A stretch of DNA of 63,001 nt, the filler included, from Conidiobolus incongruus B7586 (Eukaryota): assembly GCA_000697335.1 (NCBI GenBank). It is 11 parts of 11 records of this genome, joined end to end, with 100 filler letters (N's around TTAATTAATTAA, not from the genome) between each part and the next. Parts side by side here need not be neighbours in the genome. Positions count along the whole stretch, not along the records: positions 53,748 to 61,828 come from JNEM01007477.1; positions 61,929 to 63,001 come from JNEM01007478.1; 9 more parts are not named here. One strand, written 5' to 3'. This document shows positions 54,895 through 63,001 of the stretch, in pieces; within the stretch, counting starts at the first letter, position 1, and every line of letters starts with the position of its first letter. A program made the position numbers and the translations under genes. The notes beneath the pieces are model-generated. The model saw only the letters and a list, made by a program, of their open reading frames with translations, was not told where the DNA came from and searched no databases.

Positions 54895-55975
54895 ATATAC
54901 TATATAAAATTGTATTTTAATTGATATTATATAATTCAATTTGAAATAAAAAATATATTTTTATAAAAAATCAATATCCTTGAATTTTAAAATGATATTA
55001 AATTAAATAGATTTGAAATACCACTCATTATATATTAAATATATTGGTGATATAATAGATATATAAAATATATTTAATATAATAAATAAATATCAATAAA
55101 TATTAATAAATATTAGTTTATATTTTGGATAAAATATATAATCTATAAGCAATATTGTTTATTTTGCTCATTCTCATTATTTAGTAAGATTGTTTAATTA
55201 ATTCTAAATATTATAAAATTTATAATAAATAAAGTAAAAAAATACGAAATATAAATTAGAATATTGGTCTTTAAATTATATTAAAATTATATTATCAAAT
55301 TATAAATATTTCGAAATCAATTTTTTTAAACATCTTATATTTATTGGCTTATATATAATTTCAATAATCGCAATATAAATTAAATAATAATTTTAGTATC
55401 AATAATTATAATTGTTTGATAGAAATAAATAAAAAATATGTTGCAACTTCAAATAATTATTAATGACTGAATAAAATTTTTTCAATGCAATTCTATTTAC
55501 TCTCTATGGATATTATTCAATATTTTGCTATATCTGGCAATAAATAAAGAATATACTAATTTCAACCTTATTGAATCAATACAATTGATAACAATTCATC
55601 ATTCTTAAAATATCTTTTTATAGCTTCAGTAAAATCGAGTTTCTTATCTGGTCCTATATCCAATATTAATATCTATTTATTTAATAAATATTTAAATAAT
55701 TACACTTTATTACTCTCAGAATTATTAATACTTAATTAAAAATTGGGGTGGTATATTGAATCAAAATTTAATTATAGATAGTAATTTAACATGATTTTAA
55801 TTTTTCTAATTTACTAAACCTTATAAATTGTTTGAAAATATTTTTATAACATTGCATTAATGCAGGTATTATAGTTCAATTAATTTACTTCCAAATTTAG
55901 CACCAGCGGTGAAATATAAGATATAAAATCAACAACTGTTTAGTTTAATAAAAAATTTTAAATTTAAAGAGGAAT

Positions 55976-56926
55976 ATGGATTATTCTATAATCAGACAAA
56001 AAGCTTTTCCAATTAATTATGTTGTATCGATTATAGCAATTATAATATCGAGTACTGGGATTATATTATGCTCTTTTGTCCTTCGATTAATAATGAAGAG
56101 AAGGTGGTCTGAATTAACTGTAGATTTAAAATTAGTAACTACTACTCTAATAATCGATTGTTTTGTAAGTATATGTTCAGTATCATGTTCAATATTAGAC
56201 TTGACCAATTCTACCAATTATTTGCGATTGAAAATTGGATGTGATTTGAATGCAATAATATGTATTTTGATTTGCGTGGGATCAGTGAACTGTGTTGCAA
56301 TCACTGCAATGGAACGTTATATTTTAATAGCTCATGATTTCAAGTTAAATGCATGGTATTATTACATTGTATTGTGCGGATTAACCCTGTTCAATATATT
56401 AGCATGCGTATTTACAAGCTTGTTAGATGGATTCGCAGTTCATCCGACATCCATATATTGTATGTTTAAACTTGATAGCTATAAAGGAAAAATTGGTTTA
56501 GGATTTATAGGATTTTCCGAGATTGTGTCCATTATCATTATATATTATTGTTATATTTTTATCATGTTAAAGCGTCGTCAGGAACTTCTACAACTAAGAC
56601 AAATATTTCCACTAAACTCAAAAAAAATCCGAAGCCAAGCCAACTCAACCATAATCAAATCGAGTTTAATTATAATAGGGTGTACAATTTGCAATATACC
56701 ATATTGTATAATTACCATAATAGCATTAATATATCCTCCACTCTATACTCCTGTGGCTGATGCAATCGCGACGCTATGTATGGTTTTAAATATTATTTTT
56801 AATACGTTTTTGCTACTGAGAATGAGGCCCGACTTGTGTGACGAATTAAAAGCCCAATTTCGTTTGAATTATAACCATCGTTTTACTTTCAATTCTCTGC
56901 AATCGAATATTTCTGACTCAAGCTAA
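55976..56926 (+). CDS. Class A (rhodopsin-like) 7TM GPCR-like protein, intronless
   Basis: 316 aa, 7 TM segments; CDLNA...AMERY; HPTSIYC; CNIPY; LNIIFNTFLLLRMRPDL. Confidence 0.92.
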   Translation: MDYSIIRQKAFPINYVVSIIAIIISSTGIILCSFVLRLIMKRRWSELTVDLKLVTTTLIIDCFVSICSVSCSILDLTNSTNYLRLKIGCDLNAIICILICVGSVNCVAITAMERYILIAHDFKLNAWYYYIVLCGLTLFNILACVFTSLLDGFAVHPTSIYCMFKLDSYKGKIGLGFIGFSEIVSIIIIYYCYIFIMLKRRQELLQLRQIFPLNSKKIRSQANSTIIKSSLIIIGCTICNIPYCIITIIALIYPPLYTPVADAIATLCMVLNIIFNTFLLLRMRPDLCDELKAQFRLNYNHRFTFNSLQSNISDSS

Positions 56927-58080
56927 TATCGGTGCTGTTGATTATAGATTGTGCACTATAATCAATAATAAAACTACTTTAAATATAAAATTATAATTTT
57001 ATTATAGAAAAAAAATTTTTAGATCATTAATGTTGTATGATTTAAATATATAATAATTAGAGACATTATTAATATTTTTAATTTTAACCTCAGTATATAA
57101 ATTATTCAGATTACTTCACATATTAATTTAATAATGTTTTGTTATTTAATACTTTAATTAATGCCTATCAAATAATTTTATTAATATATACTTTTATAAA
57201 ATAAAAAAAAACACAAAATAAAATAATTTTTGAAAAATGTAAATTGGTTCTAATTATTTATTATAAAATAAAAATATAGTAAATTTATTAATATCTGGTA
57301 TTTCAAATATATCATTAATATTAAAGAAAAGATTATTTATAATAAATAAACCAAATAATTAATATTTTCAAATATTATATAGACCTTAATTTATGATAAT
57401 TTTTTCATCAAGATATATTTATTAGAAAATATTTTTTTATTTAATTTAACTTAACATAGAAATTAATTACCAAAAGTCATTTATTTGAATATTAATAAAG
57501 TTTATCAATAAATTTCTAAAATCCTTTAAGATTTTAAAAAAGCTTATATAGCTAGCATTTGATAATAAAATAAAAAATACCAATAGATTCTTAATATTAA
57601 AGATAAATGGAATATTATTCAATATTTATTATATTTTTAATTATTAATTTATGATATCATATTTAATAAATTATATTAAAACAAAATATATATCAAATTA
57701 TAAATTATTAAAATCAATAAACTTTTAATATAATATTATTATATATATTATTATTTATAATTAGTATTATCGAAAAAAATATAAAATAAATATATATAAT
57801 TTAACAAAAACTAATACAAAATTATATTGACTACATTTTAATAAAATCAATTAATCTATAAAAAAACTATGATAAATAATGAATTCTAAATTCACTATTA
57901 AATATTTTATTAAAAATAAATCAAAATACTGGGAAAAATGAAAAGAAATTATAATATTAAATAAATAATTATATTTAGGAAAAGATAATTATGAAAGTTA
58001 ATTATAGTAAAATATTGTTCTTTTATTTAAACTTTTAATTAAATGAATTAATGATATTTATTATATTTCATTATATTAAT

Positions 58081-58484
58081 TATTAAGAGACTAGTTCTTT
58101 AAATTCTTAAATATATTTCTTTATAATTCAATTAACTATAAATTATATGATTAATTTATACTTTAATAGCTAAATTAATTGTATAAATAGTATTAAATTA
58201 TCCAATAAACTAGGTTCTTCTTCTTTCCTCTCAATTCTTACTATTTCTTATTTTTTACACTATTTCTAAGATTAAGACTATATTCTGTCAATATTATAGT
58301 ATATTGGCACTACCTAATATAAGTCCTAATATATCGGTGACTCATCCCAGTTCGAAGCTTAATTAAACTTTGTTTACATTTGCACACTACATCCCACGTT
58401 ATATTACCACGTTCTGTGCCACACTACCCCTATATCAAGTCTTCCTCTGCACTACATTGGTAACCTTTTACTACTGTGCTTATA
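58081..58484 (+). mobile_element. Solo LTR of the Gypsy element
   Basis: Homologous to 62356-62754; flanked by 5-bp TSD TTAAT; termini TG/CA mutated to TA/TA. Confidence 0.85.
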
Positions 58485-58539
58485 TTAATAAATTTATTTT
58501 AAGTTGGTATTTTTATTATAAATAAAAAATAAACAAGAT

Positions 58540-58870
58540 ATATAGCTAAATCTATAAAAAATTAACTATACAAATATATTCCAAAGAGCTAGAATATTTA
58601 AGTTATTTGCCATATTATATCCAAAATAATTATAATTGATTTAGGTAATAAGAAATAAGCTTGTATAAAAGAAAATTCCTTCAAACCAATTTATTAGTTT
58701 GTGAAATATTAAATTGCAGTTTTAAATTCAAAGAACTATATTTTAGGTGCTAGAAGCTTATTAGTATTATGTCACAAATTATCAATAGTAAAATGATTGT
58801 TAAAATTATATTATTCATTTAATTTATTATATGATATATAGAATTATATTATTTTGATTGATAAAATACT
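58540..58870 (+). mobile_element. Old diverged mariner 3' fragment
   Basis: TTAGGTGCTAGAAGCTT and GTTTGTGAAATATTAAAT resemble the mariner C-terminal coding region. Confidence 0.65.
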
Positions 58871-59704
58871 ATTTTATTTCTTAATAATTTTCTAATTTGT
58901 TTTACTTATATTAATAGAAATCAAATATTATAGCGAAAATCAATTCAATATATAATAATAATCAAATATTAAATGAACTATATTTGCCATTTATCACAAT
59001 TATTTGTAACTAGAAAATATAATATTCAAGCATTTTTACAAACGGCTTTAACATAAATGAATTTTTTAAAAGAAATAAATTATAAATATTATATTATTTT
59101 AAAAAAAAGATCTATTTCACACTTAAATAATATTCGTTTCAATATCATAATGCAGGATTAAAAAATCAAAAAAGAGCTAGGTTCTTAAGGATCAAATATT
59201 TTGATACTTCACCGCTAATTATAATATTATTTTGAATGATTTAATTTTTTATATAAAAATGAAAAATATAAATAAATAAATTTTTAAAAAAATCAATATT
59301 TATTGATTTTATGCAATTGTAATTTTTAATTATTTAAATAATCAAATTTTTATTAAACATTTTATTAATCTAATAACCTTAAGTTTGCCAAAATAATGTC
59401 AATTAAAATTTTACATTGAAGATAATTTTGGCTTTTAAAAATAAAAAGTATATTAAATTCAATATATAAATATATAAATATATATATATATATTCAGAAG
59501 TAATTCTGACTATTGTTTGAATTAAGTTTTTAAAAATTAATATTTAATATTTTGCAAATGGGATTTTTAATCCGGAATATTAATGAATTTGAGTTATAAA
59601 CTATCTTTTTATTAATACAGGGTAAAATAGCCGCAGAGTTTAAAAACCAAAACAAATATAATTTTTCATATATATTATATTAAATTAAATTAATAATATA
59701 ATTT

Positions 59705-60790
59705 TAATGATCATTTTTGTTATCGATAATTTATGACATAATACTGATAAGCTTCTAGCACCTAAAATATAGTTCTTTGAATTTAAAACTGCAATTTAAT
59801 ATTTCACAAACTAATTAAATTGGTTTGAAGGAATTTTCTTTTATGCAAGCTTATTTTTTATAACCTAGATAAATTATAATAATATTAGTTATAATTTGGC
59901 GAATATATTATATATAGTAGTTTTTATTAATTTTTTTAATATATAAAATTTTCTATAGTTTTAGTTATATAATTTTTAGAAATATTTTTTAAAATAATAG
60001 GTAACTTTTATTTAAAATAAGAACACTAATTAAATATTACTTTATTAATTAATATAAAACCTATTATTAATTAATTTAATTTCAAAATTAAAAAGAAAAA
60101 CTATATAACTATAAATTATTTTAATAATTAGCATTTGTTTTTAATTAAGTACTTATTTATTTAATAATATAGAAAATATTATTTTATTATAACCTAACAT
60201 TTTAGTCAATATTTAAACAAAATAAATAAAAAATTAAAGATTAATTAATTAGTATAATTTAATATAATAGATTATATTTGATATTATATCTAAATATATA
60301 TTCTTAAGATATATCTAGTTTAGTTCTTTTATAAATTTTATTAATTATAAAATTTTAATTTCATATTTTATATAAATATATTAAATGTATATTTATATAT
60401 ATTATAATAATATATTTAAAATATAATAATTTCAATAATATTTAATCTGATATAAATAGGTGTTTTGTATTATATTTATATAAAACTAATATTAACAATA
60501 AATATTTAAAAATATAATAAATGTTGAATAGTATTATATTTATTTTTAAAATAAAAAATTTATTATTATTTTTTCATTAATTATAAAAAGCTAATTTTAT
60601 ATATTATTTATAAATCTTAAAAAGATTTAATGAGTTTATGGTTAAGCTTTAATAATACTAAAACAAATGATATTTGTTAATTAAAATCTGGTTTAAATAT
60701 AATTAAATCCAAAATCCATTTTTTAATAAATATATCTTAATAAAAAAATTATCATAAATTAATTCTTATTTAACATAAAAACCTTTAATT
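59705..60790 (-). mobile_element. Old highly diverged mariner copy
   Basis: Patches such as GTTTATGGTTAAG and AAGAACACTAATTA are colinear with 25830-26900. Confidence 0.7.
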
Positions 60791-62355
60791 TATTTTTTAT
60801 TATAAGGAAATAATTTTTAATATTAAATCCTAGGTTTGAATAGCAGACTTTGAAATTTTGTCTAAAAAATAAATATTGGTATATTTAATTCCCTAGATAT
60901 TATAATAATATTTTTCATTTTAAATAAATAAATGCATAAATTAAACTTTATCAATTTGTTATTATTAACTTGTTTATATTTAATTAGATTTATATAATTG
61001 ATATGGAATAATCTTGTCTATCACTCAAGAAACTCGATCAATTATATTAATATAAGAAGTTACATTGGAAATACCTCATTTTATAAACTAATTCAACTTA
61101 GCACTTTCCATCTTAAGTTATCTATAGCCACCCAAACTCAATAATTGAAATTATTATAAGATTATCACAAACCAATGAATAAACCTATCTTTCTATCTTC
61201 ATTTCCAATAATATCCAGTCTCTGAGTTTTTCTTGAAATACTCATAAAAATATTTAATTAAAATAGGTTTAAGATATTTATTTTGTTCAAAAAACTTGAT
61301 TTGAAATAATCTATTTTTATCTAATTTGGTGAACCTGTTTAATTACCCTTAATTTTATGATAATCTATTATTTACCTCTAGTGATTCCCTGTTTAAGTTT
61401 TAAAGAATATTTCCTCCTATATTTACAATAGTCAAAATATTGATTTTTTGATCATTATACCATTTATCATTAAATGAATCTAATATTAGTATTGATTGAT
61501 ACCAAAGTCTAATATTATTTATAATGAACCTATATATAATAACCTGTCAGTTAATCCGTTATATATATATATATATTCTCAAAAAATTTATTTTGCATAG
61601 TTAATATAATTTTCTACTTATTAAATATAAATATAATATATCAGAATAAATTATTAAATTATATTCTTAGTTTTGAAATATCAAATTAAATATGATTTTA
61701 ATTTTAATATATAAAGTAAATTAGTAATTTATTTCTTAATATTTTTAAATTTATATATCTAAATTATTTTTATATTTTAATTATAAAAATATTTAAATTT
61801 AATTTATAACTATAGAAAATCATATGTTNNNNNNNNNNNNNNNNNNNNNNNNNNNNNNNNNNNNNNNNNNNNTTAATTAATTAANNNNNNNNNNNNNNNN
61901 NNNNNNNNNNNNNNNNNNNNNNNNNNNNAATATTATAATTCTATAATTATGTTTATTAATTTAGCTATTTTTTCTATATTCATAATTATTTCAGTAACTT
62001 TATTAATAAGTTTAATATAAGTTTTAATTTTTGGTAAAATATAATAATTATTCTAAATTCAAATTTTTTGATATTTATATATTATATTTATATTATATAT
62101 TTATTATATAAATTCTTATTAAAAAAATAGAAACTAATATTTAACATAATTAATTATTAAAAAATTTCAATATTTAATATTTTCGCAAATTATTTCAAAT
62201 AGAAATTGACTATTATTATTTTTTAATCTTATTAAAATAAATAGCTATTTTTTAAAGTTATATATTTTCCAAATCACAATTTTTATTAAAATATTAAAAA
62301 TTTATAAAAACAACTAATTTTTTCAAAGTTTTTTATTAATAATCATTATTATTAT

Positions 62356-62754
62356 TGTTAAAAGACTAGTTCTCTAAATTCTTATAAATATTTTCAGATA
62401 ATTCAATTAACTATAAATTATATGATTAATTTATACTTATATAGTTAAATTAATTGTATAAATAGCATTGAATTATCTAATAAACTAGGTTCCTCTTTTC
62501 CCTCTCAATTCTTACTATTTCTTATCTTTTACACTATTTCTAAGATTAAGACTACATTCTGTAAATATTATAGTATATTGGCACTACCTAATATAAGTCC
62601 TAATATATCGGTGACTCATCCCAGTTCGAAGCTTAACTAAACTTTGTTTACACTTGCACACTACAACCACGTTATATTACCACATTCCGTGCCACACTAC
62701 TTTTATATCAGTCTTCCTCTGTACTATATTGGTCAAACTACCACTATATTTGCA
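62356..62754 (+). mobile_element. Solo LTR of the Gypsy element
   Basis: TGTTAA...TTTGCA with perfect 5-bp TSD ATTAT on both sides; 399 bp. Confidence 0.9.
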
Positions 62755-63001
62755 ATTATATTAAAAAAAATCTTTAAATTCTTCAAATTATTATTTAATA
62801 TTTAAAATATAAATAATCAAATAATTTCTAAAATAAAATGATACTCATACTTAATAATAGTTTAATATATAATATTAAAATTTTTTAACTAAATTGAAAA
62901 GTTTAAAAAAAAATTTTATTAACTAATTATTAAAATTATTAATATTTTTATATTAAAAGAAAATTATTAAATTAAAATATATTTTAAAATTATTAATTTT
63001 T

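Noticed and set aside
28788..56926. Possibility that the 7TM proteins are opsins
   Set aside because: No lysine at the TM7 Schiff-base position in any intact paralog.
17045..61928. Repeated TTAATTAATTAA embedded in 100-bp N runs (17045, 18791, 20243, 22021, 23783, 43442, 45429, 47713, 53648, 61829)
   Set aside because: Assembly spacer carrying stops in all six frames; not biological and not a CRISPR-like array. Order and orientation across these gaps is less certain.
1..63001. Organelle or prokaryotic origin suggested by the extreme AT content
   Set aside because: No rRNA, tRNA, operon or mitochondrial genes seen; eukaryotic TF, GPCRs and LTR/Tc1-mariner elements are present.

Overview
Extremely AT-rich eukaryotic genomic scaffold with ten 100-bp gap spacers. 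The gene and transposon content suggests an early-diverging fungus such as Conidiobolus/Entomophthoromycotina; this is an inference. Only four intact genes are evident. One is an Msn2/Seb1/Ste12-type double C2H2 zinc-finger transcription factor (7256-8047, minus strand). The other three are intronless paralogous class-A-like 7TM receptors (28788, 41008, 55976; all plus strand), accompanied by two pseudogenes of the same family (27021-27728, 31663-32613). The rest is gene-poor DNA and two large transposon blocks (about 14.8-27.0 kb and 43-53.5 kb). These contain many copies of a DD34D mariner, a DD34E Tc1 element with IR/DR-like ends, and a chromodomain-bearing Ty3/Gypsy element; two solo LTRs of that element lie further right. 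The most striking signal is that the long transposon copies are riddled with C->T/G->A transitions on both strands (CpG essentially gone, CpA/TpG and CpT also hit; RT YLDD now reads YLNN), while short solo LTRs and duplicated host GPCR sequence largely escape. This looks like a RIP-like genome-defence footprint. All alignments and translations were done by eye and coordinates of degenerate elements are approximate.
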